Source of the DNA: Tubulanus polymorphus
Lineage: Eukaryota; Animalia; Nemertea
Direction of reading: 5' to 3'
DNA length: 64,000 bases
Assembly (NCBI RefSeq): GCF_964204645.1
Contig: NC_134030.1
Coordinates: forward strand, 22,980,210-23,044,209
The translations under genes and the position numbers were made by a program. Under the pieces are notes generated by a model, which ran no database searches, had not been told where the DNA came from, and saw only the letters and a program-made list of their open reading frames with translations. This document shows positions 26,811 through 38,700 of the stretch, one piece after another. Numbering within the stretch: the stretch's first letter is position 1; every line of letters begins with the position of its first letter.

Positions 26811-27606
26811 CTCTCTCTAACTCTCTGTGGTTGGACTGTCAACAGTCACTCACCGCGGCCGCGCGGAGTGTTAGAGCGCTATGAATCATTATCTATCCGT
26901 ATTTCACACTTTCATCAATAAAACTCTACTTTATTTTTATATTTATCTCGATTTCGCTGAAAATTTTACGAATTTCAAGAGAGAAATTGCTAAAAATCGT
27001 GATTTGTCAATAGAACTATTTACTACGCGTAAAGAGAGCGCGCGTAACAGCTGCAGTGATTGGGTGTCTAGCTGATAGCTGATTGGTCGAGACACCGGGG
27101 AGAGCCCAATAGTGAAAACACGAGTGATGAATGAAGTGAAGATTGATGACGTCATCAACAATAACGGGATTCCGGGTCAATTAGTGCTCGCCGCACCTGC
27201 TTTTAAACCCGTTCCCAATCTCTACGGGTTCGAATCCCACATTATTCAACAGACAATATATTTTTTTCATATGGAAATGTTGATTCACTTTAATCTTTAC
27301 ATAAGATCGTGCCACTCGTCGCCAGCAAAAACAACAAGACACCAAAAATTCAGGTTTCCGGATTAAATTTTAAAATCTATTCTCAGTGAGGGTCGTCTCT
27401 AACCAAGAGATTGCTTGTGTCACTCATCACCAGCAAGAACAAGACATCAAAAATTCAAATACCCTGATTGAGAGTATAAGATATCCTCAGTGAGGGCTGT
27501 TTCTTATCAAGAGGTTCCTCGTGTCACTCGTCACCAGCAAGAACAACAAGACACCAAAAATACAAAATTTCCTGTCATTTTTTTATTAATTGCGATTAAT
27601 AATTTT

Positions 27607-30600
27607 TTAGCACAAATCAAAGATATTGGAAGCATTAGTGCCTGCACCAGCAGCAGTCGCAGCAGCATCAGCAGCAGTCGCAGCAGCAGCATCAGCAGCA
27701 TCAGCAGCATCAGCAGCAGTCACAGCAGTCTCACCGGCAGCAGGTTCCTTAGTAATATCCTGTATTCTATTAAACTCTTTAAATTGAACACTGAGTTTAT
27801 TCATGACTTGTTTATGCGTCAGTTTACAACCGCTTGTCGTCTGCTGCTGTTGTTTGATTGCGCTGTAGTGATTTTTAACGAATAAAGCGAATTTATTCGG
27901 AGTTTTTGTCTCGGTACGTTTCAACGTTCCGTCTTTTTTATTCAACAGACATTCGAATTCACCGCCGCAAATACCGCAAATAGATTCCTTTACATTCAAT
28001 GATTTACTGTGACGATTTATCCTGGAAATATTCAAACAATTTATTATGATACGTCGTTGACAGATAGGGGGCGCCCTTTTATATCCAATCAATCTCCACA
28101 GTCAAATACAAAGGATATAAACGGACACTGATTGATTTTAGGCGCGATTTAGTCATTTCAACTAATCTCCCTGACTAAAAGCATTTTTTTTTAAATAAAA
28201 TTCTGGGGCCAGTTGCTCAAAAGTTGGTTAAAGATAACCGGCCGTTAAATACCATAGTAACAATGAAATTTCAATTGTCACCATATCAACTATCCACTGG
28301 TTAACTGTAACCAACTTTTGAGCAACCGGCCCCTGAGGTTTCTGATGTGGGGGGTCAGGCCGGGAGGGGATTAAAGAGGCCGGGGAGGGGATGTGAGAGG
28401 CCGGGCAGGGGATGTGAGGGGGCCAGGCCGGGGAGGGGATGTGAGAGGCCGGGCAGGGGATGTGAGGGGGCCAGGCCGGGGAGGGGATGTGAGAGGCCGG
28501 GCAGGGGATGTGAGGGGGCCAGGCCGGGGAGGGGATGTGAGAGGCCGGGCAGGGGATGTGAGGGGGCCAGGCCGGGGAGGGGATGTGAGAGGCCGGGCAG
28601 GGGATGTGAGGGGGCCAGGCCGGGGAGGGGATGTGAGAGGCCGGGCAGGGGATGTGAGGGGGCCAGGCCGGGGAGGGGATGTGAGAGGCCGGGCAGGGGA
28701 TGTGAGGGGGCCAGGCCGGGGAGGGGATGTGAGAGGCCGGGCAGGGGATGTGAGGGGGCCAGGCCGGGGAGGGGATGTGAGAGGCCGGGCAGGGGATGTG
28801 AGGGGGCCAGGCCGGGGAGGGGATGTGAGGGGGTCAGGCCGGGGAGGGGATGTGAGGGGGCCAGGCCGGGGAGGGGATGTGAGAGGCCGGGGAGGGGATG
28901 TGAGAGGCCGGGGAGGATGTAAGGGGGTGAAACTCACTTGTAGCCGCACTTGAGGCATCTATATGTATATTTGGTGGCGATCTTGTAGTCATGGCAACGT
29001 TCAATAATAGGCAATTCCGGGAAGATATGATTAGCTCGAGCAGCCCTGAAACAACAGAGACATGGAGAAATAAAAACACAGTGAAATAGACACAGAGACA
29101 CAGAGAATGTGATGAAACTAACCAACTCTTCCAAACACGACCGTGACCATCTTTAACTCCATTAACAATCCACACAGCAGCATGACACAATTCATGTATC
29201 AGAGTATCACGAGTTCGATCTGTAAAATAGTATTACATTACACGGGGATCACTGGAGGAGGGGAGGGTGGGGAGGGGAGGAGGGAGGGGGAGGAGGGGAG
29301 GGATGTGGATAGATCCACACAGCAGCATGACACAATTCATGTATCAGAGTATCACGAGTTCGATCTGTAAAATAGTATTACATTACACGGGGATCACTGG
29401 AGGAGGGGAGGAGGGGAGGAGGGAGGGGGAGGAGGGGAGGGATGTGGATAGATCCACATAGCAGCGTGGATAGATCCACACAGCAGCATGTGACCACCGG
29501 AAATCAGTACTGATCAGTAAAGCGCCCCCTAGTGGTATTTTACCTGGAGTATCGCAGACTTTAATCGACAGTGAGATGAGAGCGATTCTTCCGAGACGTT
29601 TAATCCTATCCTGATACCGAGGGTAACATAATCCAGCGGATTTAGTTAATCTGACGTTCCATTCTACAGATACCGTATCCACTGGGAACTACAACAATAA
29701 ACATTTATATCATTAACAATCCACCACGCGCCCAGTTTCACGCGCCCAATTCCACACAGCCAGTTCCACGCGCCCGGTTCCACATGCCCAGTTCCACACG
29801 CCCGGTTCCACATGCCCAGTTCCACACGCCCAGTTCCACACGCCCCGTTCCACACACCCAGTTCCACAGTTTATACCTGATTTTTAAAGATTGTTTCACA
29901 AAATAAATCCATCAATTCAGTCGTCAATTCGTCGCGATGTTTCACAAAATTCTTCATGTATCTGAAAAAAAAAAAAAACAACATTCAACAGTTTTCATTG
30001 TTGCCTTTTAATTTAATACAGTTGTTGGGATCAGAATCTCGAATTCTGAAATAACCATGCGTTAGTTTCTTGTATTTTAGAAATCTTTTATCTAGGACCA
30101 AAGCCTCAATTTTTACATGACAACTTTTTGTATTTAAACCTCATTCCCGAGTTATGAGGTCATCTTCAAGGCCTTTTAGCGCCTAGTTTTGCCGCTAGGT
30201 GGTGCACCAGGCAGACAGCCAGGCAGACGACCGACAATAAGGGTCATACGGTTACCAATAGCAACTCACTTTTCAGCTTTCGGATGACGTTTTTGACTGT
30301 CGACCGTCGAGTCAAGAGACTTCAGGAAACTGAACGTTTTACACACACGTGACTTATCTGAAAAATAACAATATTTGAAATTTGAATTCACTGATTTTTA
30401 AACGTTTGTATCCTACGCCTTCACTAGTTATCCCGAGATTAACCTAATCCCGGTTTACCTATATTCGGCGGAGTAAAGCTGTAGTAATTGTGATTATTGT
30501 CGTTGTAAATAAACCCGTAAATTTCGATGAGTTTTCGGTAGGTTTTCGATCCAGTTACCCGAATATAATCTCTGATATAGTCCCAGAAATCATCGCTAGG

Positions 30601-33600
30601 TGGCGTCGGTGTATCGAACTGCCAGTCATCGAGCGACCTGTTTTCTGGACGCGGATCTTTAAACGGTTCGTAAACATATTTCATCAAAGAATTATCGACG
30701 TGATTTTGCGACGAACATCTGAATTCAGATTCGCGTTTTTCGATTTTGCGAACTTTGCCAACGCCTCCTTGATCTGCGGTGTTTATAAATTTCCTCCAAG
30801 TCCGATCGCATTCCAACCAATTCCCTCTTTTACGCTTAGCCGAAGCGCCGTAACACCTGGTTTCCGTGTTAAAGTGTTCTCGATACATTTTGTGGAGCGA
30901 ATTCAATTACGATAAAGTTTGATGATAAAATGACGAGAAGATTTGGAACCCGAAATATATTCCTGAATAATTCACCTCAATTCTGTGATTGAAATAAATA
31001 GATATCGACGAATTAACAAATTCAGTCATAGCTTTTTTCAAAATCTTCCCTCAGCCGCGACTATTCCATGACATTTTTAAAGGAAGGAAAAATCCTTGAC
31101 TTTTCTAGTAAAGTGGCCGCCACCCAGTGGTATTACATGTACTCTAGTACTAATGTCTATTGCAACCTGACTTGAGACCACATCAGGTGGCCTAGCTCAG
31201 TCAGTTTTGGTAGTACATACTTGATAAAGGTCTTAATAGGAACAGAATACATTAGCAGTCGACCTAAAATATCGTTTTTTAATCCACTTTAAACTGTATT
31301 GAAGGATATCCAAAAAGTCTTCACTGAAAGGTGTTCCTGAGAGAAAAGAGACTCCATGATTTGAAAGGTTTACAATATGTCTCCATGCCTACCAACTGAA
31401 ATTTGATACGTAGGCATGGAAACATATTGTTAAACTTTCAAATCATGGAGTCACTTCTCTTCATTTAACCCCTTTCAGTGAAGACTTTTTGTATATCCTT
31501 CAATACAGTTTCAAATGGATTAAAAAATGATGATTTAGGTCGACTGCCTGTCCTTTCTCGTCCTATTAAGACCTTTATCAGGTATGTACTACCAAAACTG
31601 ACTGAGCTAGGCCACCCGGAATGCTCTCAAGTCAGGTGAAATAGACATTAGTGTGACCAGTCACAGTGTGAAGTGTCGCACGACACTGGATCTCAACGGT
31701 TCATCGGTTTCATTCACACTACCAGCGAAATCAGTCAAATCAGCGAAAATAGACGGTTATTTTTACCTGGTTGTTTATATCGAGAAGATGTAATTTTCGG
31801 CGGTGCTGTTTGAGGCAATCGGGTTTGTTTAGTAATACACGGAGTTTCTACACAATAGGGCAGCCAATCATCTCCCGAGCTGACATCATCGACTCGCTTT
31901 GTGACATCATCGACTCGTGTGGTGACATCACCGTTTTGCGAGCTGACTTCAACAATCTCCCTGAAATAAACGAACAACGTCAACCAAAGTTTCCACATGA
32001 TATGAACTCCAGGACACAGTTTTACAAACAGGTTTAACTCCTAATTACAACTATTTAACATCAATTTAACATCTAAGGTAAGCAGGGTCCGATCTAAGGA
32101 ATGAAAGCCACTTGCCCGGGGGCAAGCATATCTGAAATTTTGCTTGCCCCCCTCCAAAAGCTACTTGCCCTACACAGGCAGTCCAATTGGTGGCACTATG
32201 ATTCCTTTACTGAAAAATCTTCCATTCTATCGCGAAAACGAGAGTGTTAAGAAATCCGTTGTATCGAATGGGAAAAAAAGCTTTGTGACATAAAATTGCA
32301 CTAGCCCGGGGGACAAGTGGTAATGATTACCTACTTGCCCTGATGAGAATATACTTGTCCCGGGCAATCGGACAAGTGTCTAGATCGGACACTGGGTAAG
32401 CATCTATGGTTTAGGGTAAACAGGGTTTGGAGTGAGCAGGGTTTGGAGTGAGCATGGTTTGGAGTAAACAGGGTTTGGAGTAAACAGGTTTGGAGTAAAC
32501 AGGTTTAGAGTAAACAGGTTTAGAGTAAACAGGTTTAGAGCCTCCCCTTCAAATACAAACCTCTCTTTGTAAATCTCTTCTTTTTCTTCGATTCTTCTCG
32601 TTGTTTTTATATAAAAAGCTTCATCATCATCGCTTTCATCTTCATCGCTCGTATAGTAATCATCGGGAACAATGAAACTATCATCATTCATCTCATCATC
32701 ATCATCGTTATCGCTAGGGTTTCGATTCACTGTTTTCACAGACGTTAAAAACTTCTCAAAATCATCGTCATCCTCATCGTCATCGCTACTGACAACAGCA
32801 CGATGTGTGAGGAACTTAGTTACGTAATCAGCGGTCGTCTGCTGCTGATTGACGTCTGCTGCTGATTGGTGTAATATCTCACCACCAGGTGGCGATGGTG
32901 CGTCGTATGAATCGATACTAGATCTAAACTGAGTTTTATTTAAACCGTTTTTTATCAAATGTTGTGAAAATGTATTTAAACTTTCCGGTTGATGAATAGT
33001 GAATGAATTTTCCGGACTACGGCGTGATTTCTCCGAACTACGACGTGATTTCTCCGGACTACGGCGTGATTTCTCCGGACTACGGCTTCGTAAAACGTTG
33101 GATTTTATAACAGTTTGTATTTTTGATGCTGACCGATTTGAAAATGTAGCGATATCTGCCAACAATTCATCGTCATCGTCCGTTAACCAGTCTATGACAT
33201 TTCCACGGTTACCGGCACAACGGCTATTGTTGCCGGAATTCGAGCCGGCTTCAGGGCTATAGTACGTTCCGGATTCCGAACTAACGGAGACAGCAGCCGC
33301 GTCGACACCAGGAGCCACTGTAATGCCGGTATCGTTACGATCGGTTGTCGATGGCGACTCAAACGATACTTGTAACGATTTATCGTGAAATTGAGTTAGA
33401 TTTGAATCGCTGAGACTTCGACTCGGAGTCAGTCGACTGGTCGATTGACCGTTCAGTCGACTAGTTTCCTCATTGTCGTCAGTGAGTGATATTTGGAATG
33501 ATATTTTACTGCTCACCGGTGACATCACGTGTAAATGTAATTTCTTCTTAGACGGAGTTTCCGCCATCGTTGTCGCTGCGGTTTTACCGGTGTCATTGTT

Positions 33601-35047
33601 GTAATCGGTAGTCGCCGTAGTTACGACCGGTTGAGGTAAGTTCATGGTAACCGAGCGACCGTCGATGTTTATATCGAAATTATCCTCGAAATTCGTCCTC
33701 ATTTCGAGATGTTGATTCTCGGCATCCGTAAACGAGTTGATCAGAATCGATTGTTTGTTGCCTAGCGACGATTCACCGAATTCTTTCACTTCATTGATTC
33801 GCGAAAAACAAACGCTTTTAGAATGATTAACGCTGCGTGCTCCAGTAGAGGGCGTTGTTAACGGTGTGAAGAGCGGAGTACTCGTCTTATGTGAAGATAT
33901 ACGCGACCGTACAGCATCTACTCTTGGAGTAATACATCCTCCAGTTCTGTCTAAGCCTGGAGTAGTGATTCCTCCAGTTCTATCTACTCCTGGAGTAGTG
34001 ATTCCTCCAGTTCTATCTACTCCCGGAGTAGTGATTCCTCCAGTTCTGTCTACTCCTGGAGTAATGATTCCTCCAGTTCTATCTACTCCTGGAGTAATGA
34101 TTCCTCCAGTTCTGTCTACTCCCGGAGTAGTGATTCCTCCAGTTCTGTCTACTCCTGGAGTAGTGATTCCTCCAGTTCTGACTAAGCCTGGAGTAGTGAT
34201 TCCTCCAGTTCTATCTACTCCTGGAGTAATGATTCCTCCAGTTCTGTCTACTCCCGGAGTAGTATTCGTTTCCAGCTGTTTTCCATTTGCGCTGATTGAT
34301 AAAATTTCATTCGCCAAATCATTGATATGAGCCAACCGAACAGTGGCGCCATCTGCTGCTGGCTGAATAGTGGTGCCATCTACAGCAGGCTGAACAGTGG
34401 CTCCATCTATAACCTCTAAAGGAGTCTCTGGTATACACACTGAACAGTCGATGACCTGATGTTTAGAAGCTCGATTCTCTTCATTCTCATCATCAGTATC
34501 TGGAACTAACGTTACAGGTCTACACTCCGTTTCTAAATCATCAACCTCGTCTATATCTCTAAATAAAGACTGCGCAACACGCATGGGTGAAGGTCGCGCA
34601 GTTGAAGGTCGGGTAGATGAAGGTCGCGCCGGTGAGGGTCGTGCAGGTGAAGGTCGCGTCGGTGAGGGTCGTGCAGGTGAAGGTCGTGCAGGTGAAGGTC
34701 GCGCCGGCTTCTGTTTCTTTGTAGGTCGTTTTTTTATTTTTGTGATTTGAAAATCGTCATCACTATCGTCAGACAGCCACAGCGCGTACAGCGGATCAGA
34801 TGGATCTATTTTCGGCAATTCTTTCTTCTTCTTTGTCTGAAATAAATAAATTCTAATTCTATAAAATCTTCCGCTGTGTGAAATTTTCCAATTCGATTTC
34901 AAACTGATTTTTTACCGGTTTTATTTTCTTGGTTTTTTTCCCGATTTTTTTCGCTTTCTTTCTAATTTCGTTAGATTCCGTTTCCGTGACACCCGTTTCC
35001 ATGACGCCCGTGTCCATGACGCCTGTTTCCGTGACGCCCGTTTCCAT
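27607..35047 (-). CDS. GCNA: Germ cell nuclear acidic protein (GCNA/ACRC): acidic IDR + SprT metalloprotease + Zn finger + HMG-like box; exons 34916-35047, 32561-34836, 31767-31960, 30270-30357, 29877-29961, 29544-29688, 29123-29219, 28938-29045, 27607-28021
   Basis: VEWNVRLTKSAGLC, LSIKVCD, RDTLIHELCHAA (HExxH), GHGRVWKSW, RCHDYKI..YRCLKCG..RHSKS..CGICGG, NKFALFVKNHY; splice phases are consistent. Confidence 0.92.
28205..28333 (+). mobile_element. Harbinger/Tourist-like MITE, family D copy 1
   Basis: GGGGCCAGTTGCTCAAAAGTTGGTTA / TAACCAACTTTTGAGCAACCGGCCCC TIRs; inverted copy at 35172 and a degenerate copy at ~15790-15890. Confidence 0.78.
28347..28922. repeat. 48-bp G-rich minisatellite, ~11 copies (GCNA intron)
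   Basis: GGGGAGGGGATGTGAGAGGCCGGGCAGGGGATGTGAGGGGGCCAGGCC in tandem. Confidence 0.93.
30439..30888 (-). CDS. Candidate nested single-coding-exon gene, 149-aa uncharacterised protein, inside a GCNA intron
   Basis: Non-repetitive ORF (MYREHFNTETRCYGASAKRKRGNWLECDRTWRKF...) in an otherwise AT-rich intron, with a candidate acceptor TATTCAG at ~30963 upstream. No homologue recognised. Confidence 0.55.
   Translation of the reverse strand: MYREHFNTETRCYGASAKRKRGNWLECDRTWRKFINTADQGGVGKVRKIEKRESEFRCSSQNHVDNSLMKYVYEPFKDPRPENRSLDDWQFDTPTPPSDDFWDYIRDYIRVTGSKTYRKLIEIYGFIYNDNNHNYYSFTPPNIGKPGLG
31149..31652. mobile_element. ~500-bp fold-back MITE, family B copy 2
   Basis: Homologous to 17952-18454 and palindromic. 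Confidence 0.9.
32083..32394 (-). mobile_element. hAT-like MITE family A, copy 3
   Basis: CAGGGTCCGATCTA...TAGATCGGACACTG; flanking GGTAAG(CA) direct repeat is consistent with a TSD. Confidence 0.82.
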
Positions 35048-35171
35048 GATAACCGTACGATTTGATTCTAAAAATATCGATGTAAAAAAATAGGCAACAA
35101 TATTTTAGTTTGATTAACGCGATTCATGTCTGGCACTGGGTGGGTTCACTATAGAGCCATGGAGATCACCA

Positions 35172-35300
35172 GGGGCCGGTTGCTCAAAAGTTGGTTATAG
35201 TTAACCAGTGGATAGTTGATATGGTGACAATTGAAATTTCATTGTTACTATGGTATTTAACGGCCAGTTATCTTTAACCATCTTTTGAGCAACTGGCCCC
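35172..35300 (-). mobile_element. MITE family D copy 2
   Basis: Reverse complement of 28205-28333. Confidence 0.78.
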
Positions 35301-35407
35301 TGGACTGCAAGGATACAGCTCCCCTGCTGCTTAGCCATGGAAAGAAGGTTAGACAACAATCTACTCAAAATAAGGAAAGGAGGGAACAACAGTAAATTGT
35401 CAAATTA

Positions 35408-35583
35408 CAGTGTTCGATCTAAACACTTGTCCGATTGCCCGGGACAAGTATATTCTCATCAGGGCGAGTAGGTTATCGATTATCACTTGTCCCCCGAGCT
35501 AGTGCAATTTTATGTCACAAAGCTTTTTTCCCAGTCGATACAACGGATGATAGTGCCACCAATCGGACTGCGCCTGTGTAGGG
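35408..35583 (+). mobile_element. hAT-like MITE family A, truncated copy 4
   Basis: Only the left part of the family A sequence. Confidence 0.7.
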
Positions 35584-35742
35584 GTACGGTAATAATAAAA
35601 TGTTGAATTGAATTGAGTTAGCCGGACCCCTGTTAAAATAATAATTTTAATGGCTGTTGGCAGGTTGCCAGCCGATAATGAAGCGCTAAAACTGTTTTCA
35701 CTAATTCGAACATGAAGTCGACGAACAGTGTCGATAAAATAG

Positions 35743-38700
35743 GATTGATGTCTGTCTGCAGAGTTTCCAGAACCTGTCATGTCAGGTCTTAAGACCTGAC
35801 ATGACAGGTCTGACCTGTCATGTCAGGTCCCGAAAAAACCCAAACTCATGACAATATTTGACGAAACGGCGAACGAGACGAGAGTGCTAGACGAATGGAA
35901 GAACATTTTGAGTTGAATGAATATTCTGACCCGTCGTTAATATCGAAAATGATTCAACAATAACGATAAGGAAAATGTTCTGACAAATAATTCATTTGAA
36001 AGGTTGATTTATAAGAAGAAAATATTTATGTGTAAACTATGACTTATTTCTGTATTTAAGGGAAAAAAATAAGTTTTAATTTAGTAGATGAATTAATTAA
36101 TGTAGAAGTAAGAGCACATTATAAGAGAATATTTTCGCTAGATGAATCGAGGTCTTGATATTTCGTTTCCGCAATAAGACACTGAAAATTATCTGCTCAC
36201 TATATCACAGTTCAGCAACACTCCTCACTGTCATCAGTCATGAAGTCTCACTATTTATATTCATTGTCTTTATGATGTACATGTAAAAGAGCCGAATGCA
36301 ATATAGAAACTGATTTTATTGAGACTGATTTTAAATCTACTCATCAATTTAAAGCATGAAGTTTTTTTTCAATTTATACCAGTTTTAATGCAGACCTGTC
36401 ACCTCAGGTCCCGAGAAGCTCTGCAAAATGGCGCGAGCTGCCGTGTGAGGTCTCACTTCATAATTATTGTTTTATAGTAACTTAAGATTACCTATATCCA
36501 TGGTTAGCAATTTATATTATACTCTTTACTATAAAGAGACCATAAAAAATAAAGTTTTCCTTCATTTCATCAGTTTTAATGCAGACCTGTCACCACAGGT
36601 CCCGAAGGCTCTGCAAAATGGCGCGAGCTGCCGTGTGAGGTCTCGCTTCAAAATTATTGTTTTATAGTAACTTAAGATTAACTATATCCATGTTTAGCAA
36701 TCTATATTATACTCTTTACTATAAAGAGACCATAAAAATTAAAGTTTTCCTTCATTTCATCAGTTTTAATGCAGACCTGTCACCACAGGTCCCGAGAAGA
36801 CTCTGCAAAATGGCGCGAGCTGCCGTGTGAGGTCTCGCTTCAAAATTATTGTTTTATAGTAACTTAAGATTACCTATATCCATGGTTAGCAATTTATATT
36901 ATATTCATTACTATAAAGATACCATAAAAAGTGAAGTTTTTTCCATTTCATCAGTTTTAATGCAGACCTGTCACCACAGGTCCCGAAGGCTCTGCAAAAT
37001 GGCGCGAGCTGCCGTGTGAGGTCTTGCTTCAAAATTATTGTTTTATAGTAACTTAAGATTACCTATATCCATGGTTAGCAATTTATATTATATTCATTGC
37101 TATAAAGAGACCATGAAAATTAAAGTTTTCCTTCATTTCATCAGTTTTAATGCAGACCTGTCACCACAGGTCCCGAGAAGCTCGGCAAAATGGCGCGAGC
37201 TGCCGTGTGAGGTCTCGCTTCATAATTATTGTTTTATAGTAACTTAAGATTAACTATATCCATGGTTAGCAATTTATATTATATTCATTGCTATAAAGGG
37301 CCATAAAAATTAAAGTTTTCCTTCATTTCATCAGTTTTAACGCAGACCTGTCACCACAGGTCCCGAGAAGCTCTGCAAAATGGCGCGAGCTGCCGTGTGA
37401 GGTCTCGCTTCAAAATTATTGTTTTATAGTAACTTAAGATTACCTATATCCATGGTTAGCAATTTATATTATATTCATTGCTATAAAGAGACCATAAAAA
37501 TTAAAGTTTTCCTTCATTTCATCAGTTTTAATGCAGACCTGTCACCACAGGTCCCGAAGGCTCTGCAAAATGGCGCGAGCTGCCGTGTGAGGTCTCGCTT
37601 CAAAATTATTGTTTTATAGTAACTTAAGATTACCTATATACATGGTTAGCAATTTATATTATATTCATTACTATAAAGATACCATAAAAAGTGAAGTTTT
37701 TTCCATTTCATCAGTTTTAATGCAGACCTGTCACCACAGGTCCCGAAGACTCTGCAAAATGGCGCGAGCTGCCGTGTGAGGTCTCGCTTCAAAATTATTG
37801 TTTTATAGTAACTTAAGATTACCTATATCCATGGTTAGCAATTTATATTATATTCATTGCTATAAAGAGACCATGAAAATTAAAGTTTTCCTTCATTTCA
37901 TCAGTTTTAATGCAGACCTGTCACCACAGGTCCCGAGAAGCTCGGCAAAATGGCGCGAGCTGCCGTGTGAGGTCTCGCTTCATAATTATTGTTTTATAGT
38001 AACTTAAGATTAACTATATCCATGGTTAGCAATTTATATTATATTCATTGCTATAAAGAGACCATAAAAATTAAAGTTTTCCTTCATTTCATCAGTTTTA
38101 ACGCAGACCTGTCACCACAGGTCCCGAGAAGCTCTGCAAAATGGCGCGAGCTGCCGTGTGAGGTCTCGCTTCAAAATTATTGTTTTATAGTAACTTAAGA
38201 TTACCTATATCCATGGTTAGCAATTTATATTATATTCATTGCTATAAAGAGACCATAAAAATTAAAGTTTTCCTTCATTTCATCAGTTTTAATGCAGACC
38301 TGTCACCACAGGTCCCGAAGGCTCTGCAAAATGGCGCGAGCTGCCGTGTGAGGTCTCGCTTCAAAATTATTGTTTTATAGTAACTTAAGATTACCTATAT
38401 ACATGGTTAGCAATTTATATTATATTCATTACTATAAAGATACCATAAAAAGTGAAGTTTTTTCCATTTCATCAGTTTTAATGCAGACCTGTCACCACAG
38501 GTCCCGAAGACTCTGCAAAATGGCGCGAGCTGCCGTGTGAGGTCTCGCTTCAAAATTATTGTTTTATAGTAACTTAAGATTACCTATATCCATGGTTAGC
38601 AATTTATATTATATTCATTGCTATAAAGAGACCATGAAAATTAAAGTTTTCCTTCATTTCATCAGTTTTAACGCAGACCTGTCACCACAGGTCCCGAGAA

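Noticed and set aside
28347-28958. RGG/PRP-rich ORFs
   Set aside because: They are a 48-bp minisatellite inside a phase-consistent GCNA intron and are open in several frames on both strands.
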